DNA of 42,537 nucleotides, from the NCBI GenBank assembly GCA_041670045.1, contig JBAXZY010000002.1, positions 1 through 42,537 on the forward strand, in the 5' to 3' direction. Every line of letters starts with the position of its first letter. Position 1 is the first letter of the stretch. The notes beneath the pieces are model-generated. The model was not told where the DNA came from, did not search any database, and saw nothing but the letters and a program-made list of their open reading frames with translations. Positions 8,611-17,337 of this stretch are shown in pieces. Both the position numbers and the translations under genes were made by a program. Origin of the DNA: Bacilli bacterium (GTDB lineage: Bacteria; Bacillota_I; Bacilli_A; RFN20; CAG-288).

Positions 8611-11262
8611 TTAATTATGTGTTATCAAAGTTGTAGGCTTTTTACCCTTTGAACCAGGTGTCCCGTCTGGATTCCACAGTCCACCTTTTGCACCAGCAGA
8701 CCCACCATTTCCGCCTTCTCCACCAACCATAGTAACTTTTGAATTCACATAGGCATCTTGACTATATTTGATGCACACGCCGCCATCTCCACCATCTCCA
8801 CCATCACCGCCTTGCCAATTTCCACCTATAGTACCAGGTGCATTAGCCCCATTACCACCATTTCCACCACGTCCACCGTACAATTCAAGCATTTGTGAAT
8901 CAATAAATACCGAATTACATTTTATTGCTGGATTACCATCTTCTCCATTCGACCCATTTCTAGGTTCTTTACTAGTCGACCAATTCTCTTGACCATTGAT
9001 TCCATTATTTCCACTACCGCCATGTAAGGTTAATAAATTGCCAGAATCATTTGTATAAAAAGGGATCATAAAATTATATGCACTTATGGCAGGATAATGA
9101 GCTAAGGTTGAAATGGTGGAGATTCCATAATTATAGAGATTTAATTTTGACCCAACATAAGAAGAAATCACTGGAGAGTTAGAAGAACAAGAATCGTGCA
9201 ATGAATTTAGAGAAAGAGTAAAAGAAGACTCTTTTCTATCGCCTATTTCGAATGCTAGATTATATGTCTTGTATTTGTTGCAGAAAATATCAAACCTAAA
9301 CAAGGATTTATCAAATTTTAAAAGAATTGCTTTAGATGTATCAAAACTTGAATCATTTACTAGTGAAAGGATAATTTGCTTTTTCTCGCCAATGCTACTT
9401 ACTAAATATTTGTCATTAGAAATTTCCGAAACCACTGATTTGAATTCATCAAAAGAGAAAAAGACGCTACTACTAAAATTGGAAATAGTATCTTTATCTA
9501 CAAATTTATCATTTAGGAAACGGAGTTCGAAATCTCCATCACAAACCTTTGAGCAAAGTGTCTCAAAAATTGATTTTGTCACAAAATTGAAGCCACCAAC
9601 AATGGAAAGCTTTTTTACAGAGGCCATTTTTTCAATAGATTCAATAAATGAATTGCCATCATTGCCAACATCAATAGAATCACAATGGTCTAATATCAAA
9701 GTATTTATATTTAAAGAATCAACGGATGTAATGTTTTGCAAATTGAATGAATTTGTTAGGTCTAATGTTTTTAAAGAAGAAAAGCCTGACAAATTTGGAA
9801 TAGTTAAAAATGAATTTCCTCCTATCTTCAAAGTAGATAGCTTGCTTAATTGAATTGAATCTAATTTATTTCCATATGTTTCAGAGTCAAGGCTATTTTC
9901 TGATATATCTAAGTATTCCAAATTAGTCAAAGAATTAAGTAATGAAATATCTTTTTTGTTTAATTGGCAATTAGAAAGAACTAAGGTCTTCAGTTTTTTC
10001 AATGGCTTGATATTTTTTAATGAAGAATCTGTTCCACTCACATCCAGATAAGTTAAATTAGAAAGGTATTCTAAGGAGACAATATCATTAAAAGGAACTC
10101 CGCAATTACCTATTCCAAGTTCTTCTAAATTATCCAAACCGGATAATGAATCTTTGAAATTCATTATTCGGTTACCGTTTAAAATAAGTGATACCAGTGA
10201 ATATGAAGAGCTCAACGGAGAAATATCAGAAATACTATTATTTGAAAGATCTAAATGTTTTATTTTATAAAGATATTGAAGCTTTGTAATTTTTGAAATT
10301 GAGTTATCAGAGAGATCCAAGTTTTCAAGTCCGTCATTTTCAACCAATGAGGACACATCTGTAAGACTATTATGAGAAAGATTTAGGTTTTTAAGTTTTG
10401 AAAGATTTGATATGAAACCAATATCAGTAATATTGTTTTCGCTAAGATCAAGAGAATCCAAATTTCCTAAGTATTTAATTCCATCAGAGGCATTTTCATC
10501 ATTGATTAATTCCCCACTCAAATCAAGAGAAGTGATATAGCTCAATAAAGTATTTGGAACTAAATCACTTTTATTTTGAATACGTCCCTGTGAAATCAAA
10601 TCCAACTTTATCTTTGTTGCCAATATCGAATTAAAAACAGTGTATCTTCCATTAAATATTTCCAAGTCTGATTTGATCAACTGAATTTTACCCTGACCAA
10701 ATCCAAACACTTCAAGTTTCCCATCTTCATTGATTTTTAGAATACCTTCGGCTCCTTTGATAGAATACTTTGAAGCATCATCTTTTAAAATGCCAATGTC
10801 ATATTCTTGGCCAAAAACAACACCACCATCTATATCTAAAGTTTGGCTCAAAAGATTAGAAATAGAAGAATCCGAATTTAAAGTTTTTATTTCTAATGAG
10901 TTATTGCTTCTAATATCTCCGATAGTTGCACAAATAACAGCACTCCCTATTTTATTTGCTGAAAAAAGAACCTTTTCACCATTAGAAGTCAATGACCCAC
11001 CACATGTGTTATCAGAAATCGAATATTGTATTTTTTTAGCTTTTTCAGGATCAATTGCCGATTCACTAGATAAAGAGATTTCAATAGGCTTTGATTCTTT
11101 TAAATAGAAAATATCGGAAGAAGCTATGATAGAAAAAGATTCTTGTAATGTAGATGAAATGGAAGAAAGATTTGAATTTGTTTCACTTCCACAAGAGGAA
11201 ATAAATAAAAGAGAAAAGCCATATACTCCTAGTCCAATTCTTTTAAAAATCCTTTTTTTCAT
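8611..11262 (-). CDS. Surface lipoprotein with internalin-like leucine-rich repeats and a glycine-rich C-terminal domain
   Basis: Lipobox LLFISSCGS. More than 10 tandem roughly 22-aa LRRs (for example LDSLDLSENNITDIGFISNLSKLKNLNLSHNSLTDVSSL). C-terminus contains GGRGGNGGNGANAPG...GGDGGDGGDGG...GGEGGNGGSAGAKGG. Confidence 0.8.
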   Translation of the reverse strand: MKKRIFKRIGLGVYGFSLLFISSCGSETNSNLSSISSTLQESFSIIASSDIFYLKESKPIEISLSSESAIDPEKAKKIQYSISDNTCGGSLTSNGEKVLFSANKIGSAVICATIGDIRSNNSLEIKTLNSDSSISNLLSQTLDIDGGVVFGQEYDIGILKDDASKYSIKGAEGILKINEDGKLEVFGFGQGKIQLIKSDLEIFNGRYTVFNSILATKIKLDLISQGRIQNKSDLVPNTLLSYITSLDLSGELINDENASDGIKYLGNLDSLDLSENNITDIGFISNLSKLKNLNLSHNSLTDVSSLVENDGLENLDLSDNSISKITKLQYLYKIKHLDLSNNSISDISPLSSSYSLVSLILNGNRIMNFKDSLSGLDNLEELGIGNCGVPFNDIVSLEYLSNLTYLDVSGTDSSLKNIKPLKKLKTLVLSNCQLNKKDISLLNSLTNLEYLDISENSLDSETYGNKLDSIQLSKLSTLKIGGNSFLTIPNLSGFSSLKTLDLTNSFNLQNITSVDSLNINTLILDHCDSIDVGNDGNSFIESIEKMASVKKLSIVGGFNFVTKSIFETLCSKVCDGDFELRFLNDKFVDKDTISNFSSSVFFSFDEFKSVVSEISNDKYLVSSIGEKKQIILSLVNDSSFDTSKAILLKFDKSLFRFDIFCNKYKTYNLAFEIGDRKESSFTLSLNSLHDSCSSNSPVISSYVGSKLNLYNYGISTISTLAHYPAISAYNFMIPFYTNDSGNLLTLHGGSGNNGINGQENWSTSKEPRNGSNGEDGNPAIKCNSVFIDSQMLELYGGRGGNGGNGANAPGTIGGNWQGGDGGDGGDGGVCIKYSQDAYVNSKVTMVGGEGGNGGSAGAKGGLWNPDGTPGSKGKKPTTLITHN

Positions 11263-11529
11263 TTAAAAATCAATTATCCTTTTCTTCAATTATAAATAAT
11301 GATCATTAATAAAAAGCTAATCACAAATATTAAACCAAATTCTTTTCTTATTTTTAGCGGTCTTATTCTTTGCAAAACAAAAAAAGAATAACGGTAAAAC
11401 ACGAAAACATTCTCCATGGTTTTTTTGGAATACAACTTATTTCAGGCTTAGATTATATGATAAAGCAATGCAATATTCTTATTGTAAAAGTCGCTTCTTT
11501 TATTAAGCGTAAAGCATCTGATTGCTCTT

Positions 11530-12813
11530 TTAGTTAGCTTTCGGCTGCATTACTTCGTTTGTGGATGTATTCGCATCAATTATTGTGCCTTTTTTATTCA
11601 ATTCACCGGCCCACTTAAAGGCTTCCTTAGAAAGGATAACGGCAATTATTTCATTGATGATAGCAGCGGCCGCTATTGTTCCTTGAATAATGGCAGCACT
11701 TTCTGGGTCAGGGCCTGATAAGATACCAACAGCAATGCCGGTAAAGATCAAAGATACTCCTGAATGGGGCAATAAAGTTAGGCCCAAGTATTTTCTAACA
11801 GTGGGCTGAGCCTTGGTGACTCTACTACCGATATAGGCTCCACCAATCTTACCTAAGGCACGAGAGAGAATATAGACCGCGCAGAAGACACCGGCTCCGG
11901 CTATATATTTGTAGTCCAAAGGCATACCAAGATTCACGATAACGGTCAATAAGGAAATAGTCAGAATCGGAGCAAACCTCTTAAGAATCAAATTGTGTTT
12001 TTCTCCCGGTATCATATTAGCAATCACTAGACTCACGGACATACCAATCAATAAGTAGTTCAAAGAGAAACTTCCATAGACATATTTGTCAATTACTAAG
12101 CCTAATACTCCGGCTACTAGCAAAGAGAGAACATAAACGGCAAAACCTACCCAGTCATTCTTGATTTTCTTAATCAGGAATCCGCCTAGGAATCCTATCG
12201 GAATACCGATAATGAATGGGAAAAGAATCATTAAGACTATCAGATAGACCGGTGTGCTTCCTTCTCCTAAGGACGCACTGACAATGGAGATGACCGTAAA
12301 GAAAACAATAATACCAACGACATCATCTAAAGCGGCCATCGGTATCAAAGTCCTAGTCACTGGGCCATCGGTTTTATATTGATCGACAATGGACAAAGCG
12401 GGAGCAGGGGCTGTTGCTAAAGCAATACCGCCAAAGATGAAAGCTAAATACCAAGGAGTCTTAGTAATAGCAAAAGTAATTAAAAAGATAACAGATACGA
12501 CTACGAAAGTACCTAAGCTTTGAAATAGAGTCGTGACCAGTATCTGTTTCCCATATGACTTCAGTTTCTTATAAACCATTTCTGATCCAATCATGACTCC
12601 TGCTAAGGCCTCTAAAAGGGAGATGATGATGTTATAAGGTATAGAATCAATCGTAGTCTGAGATACTAGATTCACAAGATGTGGACCAAAAATCATACCG
12701 GCAATCAAATAACCTAAGATAGCCGGGAGTTTGATTAGAGAAAGAACCTTCCCTAAGGAATAGGCTAATAAAAGTATACCAATTACCGAAAAGATGCTAA
12801 TTGCTGTTTCCAT
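11530..12813 (-). CDS. Cation:proton antiporter (Na+/H+ exchanger family)
   Basis: Polytopic membrane protein. N-terminal LPAILGYLIAGMIFGP motif is typical of CPA-type exchangers. AGGAAG RBS present. Confidence 0.8.
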   Translation of the reverse strand: METAISIFSVIGILLLAYSLGKVLSLIKLPAILGYLIAGMIFGPHLVNLVSQTTIDSIPYNIIISLLEALAGVMIGSEMVYKKLKSYGKQILVTTLFQSLGTFVVVSVIFLITFAITKTPWYLAFIFGGIALATAPAPALSIVDQYKTDGPVTRTLIPMAALDDVVGIIVFFTVISIVSASLGEGSTPVYLIVLMILFPFIIGIPIGFLGGFLIKKIKNDWVGFAVYVLSLLVAGVLGLVIDKYVYGSFSLNYLLIGMSVSLVIANMIPGEKHNLILKRFAPILTISLLTVIVNLGMPLDYKYIAGAGVFCAVYILSRALGKIGGAYIGSRVTKAQPTVRKYLGLTLLPHSGVSLIFTGIAVGILSGPDPESAAIIQGTIAAAAIINEIIAVILSKEAFKWAGELNKKGTIIDANTSTNEVMQPKAN

Positions 12814-12825
12814 TGTATTTTCTTC

Positions 12826-13326
12826 CTAAAAGACTAAAGCAATCAAGGAATCAATTCCTTGATCGATGTCTTGGCTTTTTGATATTTCTAATAGACTTCC
12901 TTCTAAAACCAAACGGAATCCTTTGATGCTGACAGGCTTTGCATAATCACATGCTACCAGTACTTGGCAAAGACTGATATAAAGCTGATCCTGAAGTTTA
13001 TCAGAATAGGCTTTAGTCTGATCATTCAACGAATAGCGGTTGAATAAATCACCTCTTGAGAATTGCAGTGATTTCAAATAAGTGACTAGCAAAGAATGAA
13101 GAGAAGGATCCTTTTTTGTTATCTCATTTTCAAACTGCTGATAGGCTCTTTTGAAAAGAGCCAAAGCCAAGTCTTCTTTGGAATGATAGTAACGATAAAC
13201 GGTCTTCTTAGAGATATGGAGAGAAGAAACTAAAGAATCAACCGAAAAGTTAAGTCCCTCTTTCTTCAAGAGTTCAATCGACTTGTCTAAGATCACTTCT
13301 TCAGTGTTTGGAAACGTTTTATTCAT
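12826..13326 (-). CDS. TetR-family transcriptional regulator
   Basis: N-terminal HTH SVDSLVSSLHISKKTVYRYYHSKEDL. 166 aa. Directly upstream of the antiporter on the same strand. Confidence 0.8.
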   Translation of the reverse strand: MNKTFPNTEEVILDKSIELLKKEGLNFSVDSLVSSLHISKKTVYRYYHSKEDLALALFKRAYQQFENEITKKDPSLHSLLVTYLKSLQFSRGDLFNRYSLNDQTKAYSDKLQDQLYISLCQVLVACDYAKPVSIKGFRLVLEGSLLEISKSQDIDQGIDSLIALVF

Positions 13327-13415
13327 ATTTCGTTTCCATTATAAAACTTCTCACGCCTTTGTCAATAGACATTGCTTTTTGTTCTTGCAATTCAAAGATT
13401 TCCTACTAAACTATT

Positions 13416-13516
13416 GCTTACGGGAATGATGTTCTCCCTGGCGTAAGCCAAACCGCTAATCAAATAAATAGCTGATGACATCTAAGGTTAAACACCTAGC
13501 TGTTATCAGTTTTTTT
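13416..13516 (+). promoter_or_regulatory. Structured 5' leader with an intrinsic terminator ahead of the antiporter gene (riboswitch/attenuator candidate)
   Basis: Hairpin GCUUACGGGA...UCCCUGGCGUAAGC (13416-13448). A 9-bp stem CUGAUGACA/UGUUAUCAG (13472-13509, one G-U) is followed by U7 (13510-13516). Then GGGAGG RBS (13520-13525) and ATG at 13531. Confidence 0.4.
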
Positions 13517-13530
13517 AATGGGAGGACAGC

Positions 13531-14748
13531 ATGTTTTTTCTAAGCTTAGGTATCATTCTTTTAGTTGGTGGCTTAGTCGGTTTTCTTTTTCAGAAGATTC
13601 GTTTGCCGGCTCTTTTAGGTTATCTTTTATTAGGTATTCTTCTTGGTTATTTCGGTCTTGTCGATGAGGACTTATTAGCTATCTCCTCGGAAATCAGGAA
13701 GATTGCCTTAATCATCATTCTTTTAAAAGCTGGTTTATCGCTTAACATCTCTGATTTAAAGAAGGTAGGAAGACCAGCTATCCTCATGTGTTTCCTTCCA
13801 GCCTGCATGGAAATGTGCATCGTTGGTGTCCTAGGTCACTATTTCTTTGATCTCACTTTCAATGAAAGTTTCCTTTTAGGTTCCGTCTTAGGAGCCGTCT
13901 CTCCCGCGGTTGTTGTTCCTCGAATGACTAAAATGATGTCAGAAGGTTATGGCACTGATAAAGGCATACCTCAATTAATAACTGCTGGCAGTTCCATGGA
14001 TGACATTGTCATGATTGTCTTCTTTAATTCCTTCATGACCATTGAAAAAGGATCATCGGTTTCAGCGATGACCTTTTTGAATATTCCTCTTTCAATTCTT
14101 TCAGGTGTCGGAGTCGGCGTATTGATTGGTTTCTTGCTTGTTTTGCTATTCAAATATGTTCATCTCCGGGATTCATTGAAGCTATCTTTGATTATTGGAA
14201 TAGCTGCCTTATTAGTATTCTTAGAATCCTATCTTGAAAAATGGTTTTCTTTTTCAAGTCTTTTAGCCGTCATTTCTTTAGGCATGGTCATTCTGGCTAA
14301 AAGACCAGTGGCTGCTAAAAGAATCAGCCAGAAATGTGAAAAACTCTGGACCGTTGCTGAAATCTTCTTATTTGTCTTAGTTGGAGTCTCGATTCAGATT
14401 CAGTACTTCAGCAAATATATTTTGATGTCTTTAGCACTTCTTGCCTGTTCCTTATTAGTACGATCACTGGCCGTCCAGTTATGTCTTATCAAAACCAAAC
14501 TGAATCTCAAAGAAAGAATCTTTGTCGCTATTTCTTATTTACCTAAGGCTACTGTTCAGGCAGCTATTGGCGGAACCCTCTTAGATTATGGAAACTCAGT
14601 CAGCAATGATGCCATCATTGCTGCTGGCATCATCGTCTTATCAGTCTCTGTCGTCTCAATTCTCTTTACTGCCCCTTTAGCTGCTTTCAGTATGGACTTA
14701 ACCTACACAAAGCTTACTACTAGAACCTTGGAGCCTGTTCAAAGCTAA
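13531..14748 (+). CDS. Cation:proton antiporter (Na+/H+ exchanger family), second copy
   Basis: Polytopic membrane protein. N-terminal LPALLGYLLLGILLG motif. 405 aa. Confidence 0.8.
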   Translation: MFFLSLGIILLVGGLVGFLFQKIRLPALLGYLLLGILLGYFGLVDEDLLAISSEIRKIALIIILLKAGLSLNISDLKKVGRPAILMCFLPACMEMCIVGVLGHYFFDLTFNESFLLGSVLGAVSPAVVVPRMTKMMSEGYGTDKGIPQLITAGSSMDDIVMIVFFNSFMTIEKGSSVSAMTFLNIPLSILSGVGVGVLIGFLLVLLFKYVHLRDSLKLSLIIGIAALLVFLESYLEKWFSFSSLLAVISLGMVILAKRPVAAKRISQKCEKLWTVAEIFLFVLVGVSIQIQYFSKYILMSLALLACSLLVRSLAVQLCLIKTKLNLKERIFVAISYLPKATVQAAIGGTLLDYGNSVSNDAIIAAGIIVLSVSVVSILFTAPLAAFSMDLTYTKLTTRTLEPVQS

Positions 14749-15436
14749 GGCGGTCATTATCTTTTTCTTCTCTTGTAAGAATATGACCGGCTTCTTTAAG
14801 ACTATTATCCAAATGATATTCTGGCATATTCTTAAAGAGTATGACATTGTTATCAAAGTTTTCTTCACTAAGTGAGGTGTAGTTATAGTCTTTGTTGAAC
14901 AAAGGTATCAGATCATTGATTAAGTTATAAGTCCTGTTCTTTTTGTCGACAATCAAAACATCAACTAAGGCCGAAGAACCATCCTCAAAGAAGCTTTTCT
15001 GAACTACATACCTAATTACGCCATCAGTTTCAAAATCTGGTACAGTTTGCTCAGATTTGCTTTTTAACTCAAAGTCGATTTCTTTTAATGCTGCCATGGC
15101 AACTGAAATCATAGAATCATTGTAAATGCATCCTCCTTCTGGGCGATAACATTCGAAAATATCATCAAGATCACAGATCAATCCATACTGATATTTATTG
15201 AATCGCTTATGAAACAGCATTTGTAATGTATTCGGATAGATAAATTTACTAGTGGCTTTTCTAAACCACTTTTCATAGTCACTGGGTGCCAGTCTTTTAT
15301 TAATAATGAGATTGATTCCGAAAACTAAATAATCATAGTCGTAGTCCCAGGGACCTGAAAAATGTTTGCTTTCAAAATAAGAATATATATCCTTGTCACT
15401 CATCTTCATCAGTTCATTCAGTTTTATCGGATCCAT
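14720..15436 (-). CDS. Hypothetical protein co-oriented with and immediately downstream of rtcB
   Basis: Start moved to MDPIKLNELMK (ATG 15436), 13 nt after the rtcB stop, with an AAGGAAAAAA RBS. I recognise no motif. The 3' end overlaps the convergent antiporter gene by 29 nt. Confidence 0.55.
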   Translation of the reverse strand: MDPIKLNELMKMSDKDIYSYFESKHFSGPWDYDYDYLVFGINLIINKRLAPSDYEKWFRKATSKFIYPNTLQMLFHKRFNKYQYGLICDLDDIFECYRPEGGCIYNDSMISVAMAALKEIDFELKSKSEQTVPDFETDGVIRYVVQKSFFEDGSSALVDVLIVDKKNRTYNLINDLIPLFNKDYNYTSLSEENFDNNVILFKNMPEYHLDNSLKEAGHILTREEKDNDRLSFEQAPRF

Positions 15437-15449
15437 AAAGCTTTTTTCC

Positions 15450-16637
15450 TTAGTTAGTGGCTTTGAAGTTATAGATAGGTTTAATGACACTAGTAACATC
15501 AACAGTAGGCTTAATCATCTCTAAGATCTCCTTTGAATTCTTATAGGCTTTAGGAGCTTCATCCAAAGTATCAAGAGTGGCGGTAGTGGTATAAATGCCT
15601 TTCATAGATGAAGTGAATTCATTTACTGAAAGAAGCTTCCTAGCCTGACTTCTGCTAAGCCGTCTTCCCGCTCCATGAGGAGCGGAATAATTCCAATCTT
15701 TATTTCCTTTGCCAACACCTAAGATAGTTCCATCTTTCATATTGAGAGGAATAATTACTTTTTCTCCTTTCATTGCAGAAATAGCACCTTTCCTGACTAC
15801 ATTGTTTTCATCAATGTAGTTATGAACTGATTCAAATTGGTCAACTACATGCCAACCCATTTTCTCTAAAATCAATTGTGAAATCAAACGGCGGTTGACT
15901 TTAGCCCAGTCCTGAGCAATTCTCATGTCATGCAGATAATCAAGTCGGTGCTGATTAATCAAATAAGATAATTCCAAAGGAACTAATCTTTTATTTTGAT
16001 AGGATTCTTGAATTGCATCAATGGCGGATTTGATCCTTCTTTGCTGTCCTTCACTTTTCAGTAAGGAGATGACCTGTTTTATTTTTCCGTCTCTTTCATC
16101 ATTCAAAGAACAATCATCCTGGGCTTCTTCCTGATAGAGTTCCGCAATTTGTTTACCTAAGTTCCGACTTCCGGTATGAATGACTAAATAGATAGCCCCA
16201 TCCTGACTTTTATCTAATTCAATGAAGTGATTGCCACCACCTAAAGAACCTAGAGACCGATCAATCCATTTCTTATTGTCATTCAGTTTCTTATAGCAAA
16301 GGACATTTTCTAAAGAATAGTCTTTGACTATCGAATCATGAACAGTCATTCCGGAAGGGATGACATCCTTGATGACTGAGTCTAGTTTCTCTAAGTCAGG
16401 GTTAGAATCATCAATCTGGGTTACTAACATGCCACAGCCGATGTCGACTCCGACAATATTAGGTATTATCTTTTCACCTAAGTCAGCGGTAAAACCTACT
16501 ACACAGCCTTTACCAGAATGACAGTCAGGCATGATTCTGATTTTGGCATTTGAAAAAGCTTTTTGAGAAGCTAAAAGGTTTATTTGATTGGTGGCTTCTT
16601 CTTCAATTGTTTTAGCAAAAATCTTTAAATCAGACAT
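15450..16637 (-). CDS. rtcB: RNA-splicing/repair ligase RtcB
   Basis: Hallmarks MPDCHSGKGCVVG, VGVDIGCGM, GGGNHFIELD, HTGSRNLG, SAPHGAGR. AAGAGG RBS present. Confidence 0.92.
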   Translation of the reverse strand: MSDLKIFAKTIEEEATNQINLLASQKAFSNAKIRIMPDCHSGKGCVVGFTADLGEKIIPNIVGVDIGCGMLVTQIDDSNPDLEKLDSVIKDVIPSGMTVHDSIVKDYSLENVLCYKKLNDNKKWIDRSLGSLGGGNHFIELDKSQDGAIYLVIHTGSRNLGKQIAELYQEEAQDDCSLNDERDGKIKQVISLLKSEGQQRRIKSAIDAIQESYQNKRLVPLELSYLINQHRLDYLHDMRIAQDWAKVNRRLISQLILEKMGWHVVDQFESVHNYIDENNVVRKGAISAMKGEKVIIPLNMKDGTILGVGKGNKDWNYSAPHGAGRRLSRSQARKLLSVNEFTSSMKGIYTTTATLDTLDEAPKAYKNSKEILEMIKPTVDVTSVIKPIYNFKATN

Positions 16638-16657
16638 GGTTTTACCTCTTTTCTTTC

Positions 16658-16711
16658 AAAAAAAAGGATAAGACTAATTGCTCATTTAGTAGAGTAATTA
16701 ATGCTTATCCC
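16658..16711 (-). terminator. Strong intrinsic terminator between the structured RNA and the rtcB RBS
   Basis: Minus strand reads GGGAUAAG-c-AUUAAUU ... AAUUAGU-CUUAUCC (about 14 bp, one bulge, one G-U) followed by U8 (16658-16665). The rtcB ATG is only about 20 nt further on. Confidence 0.7.
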
Positions 16712-17320
16712 TTTTTTATAAACGCAGGCTTTCGCCTTACACCCGTTAATCCTGCAGTTGTTTCGGTCAATCAGGGTCCTAGCCCGAGGGCAATAGAGCG
16801 ACTACTGCTCTACTAGGATCATCTCCTAGCAAAAGGAGACTGAACTGATAATGGCACTACGGCCACTGACTTTCAGGAAACGTCGGTAAAAATTGAATGA
16901 TGCCAATTCTTGATCGGCCTTTTTCTTTATTCTTGCCGGAGATACCCCTACTCGTACCTGACTAAGACACTATAGCCTATTACTAGGCATCAACTCCGAG
17001 ACCTTGTTTTGAGTATACCTCAAGGTTTGTCCTTCGATCTCACTCGAAGGCAAGAGGCGGCCAGGAAGCTCTTGCGAGCTCATTATGTATGGCTCTTATG
17101 GTCCTATCTCAGTCATTACCTTAACTTTCAGATTCAGATGCACTGACTTCCGAAAGGTGTTTATTAGACACCTTCCTTGCCCCTTTCAAAGCAAGGCATT
17201 TGTTTCCTGAAAAAGTAGCCTTCCTCAGTCCTTATTCGGAGATCATCCAGCCGATCAGTAAGATCATCTTCAACTGGTTGCGAGTATATTATCGGTCACC
17301 CTTGCTTTTAATAATAGGTG
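16712..17320 (-). ncRNA. Large (about 600 nt) structured RNA element of unassigned family, upstream of rtcB
   Basis: Lies in the largest ORF-free gap of the window. G+C enriched (17041-17100 is 32/60 by my count, against AT-rich flanks). At least 10 local hairpins. Three GNRA tetraloops form only on the minus strand (17067-17080 GCAA, 16975-16988 GUAA, 16726-16737 GAAA). Several plus-strand A-C mismatches become G-U pairs on the minus strand. Confidence 0.6.
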
Positions 17321-17337
17321 CAGAATAATTATAGTTA

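Noticed and set aside
8768-8992. Proline-rich ORF (PPSPPSPPSPP)
   Set aside because: It is simply the reverse complement of the GGxGGxGG coding repeats of the lipoprotein.
9269-9853. 194-aa plus-strand ORF inside the LRR lipoprotein gene
   Set aside because: It is antisense to a well-supported 883-aa gene, has low-complexity composition and no RBS. It is a shadow ORF. The same applies to 10730-11107, 6174-6434, 6528-6833, 4137-4337, 4868-5074, 5514-5726 and 5623-5877.
16712-17320. Whether the structured RNA is RNase P RNA, tmRNA, a T-box leader or a group II intron
   Set aside because: No GAGGAAAGUCC or ACAGAA-type RNase P blocks; only a partial GAAAGUCAGUG resemblance. No GGAUUCGAC or GGUUCGA...CCA tmRNA ends. 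No GGGUGGUACCGCG T-box sequence. No GUGCG 5' end or domain V. It is also too long for the first three.
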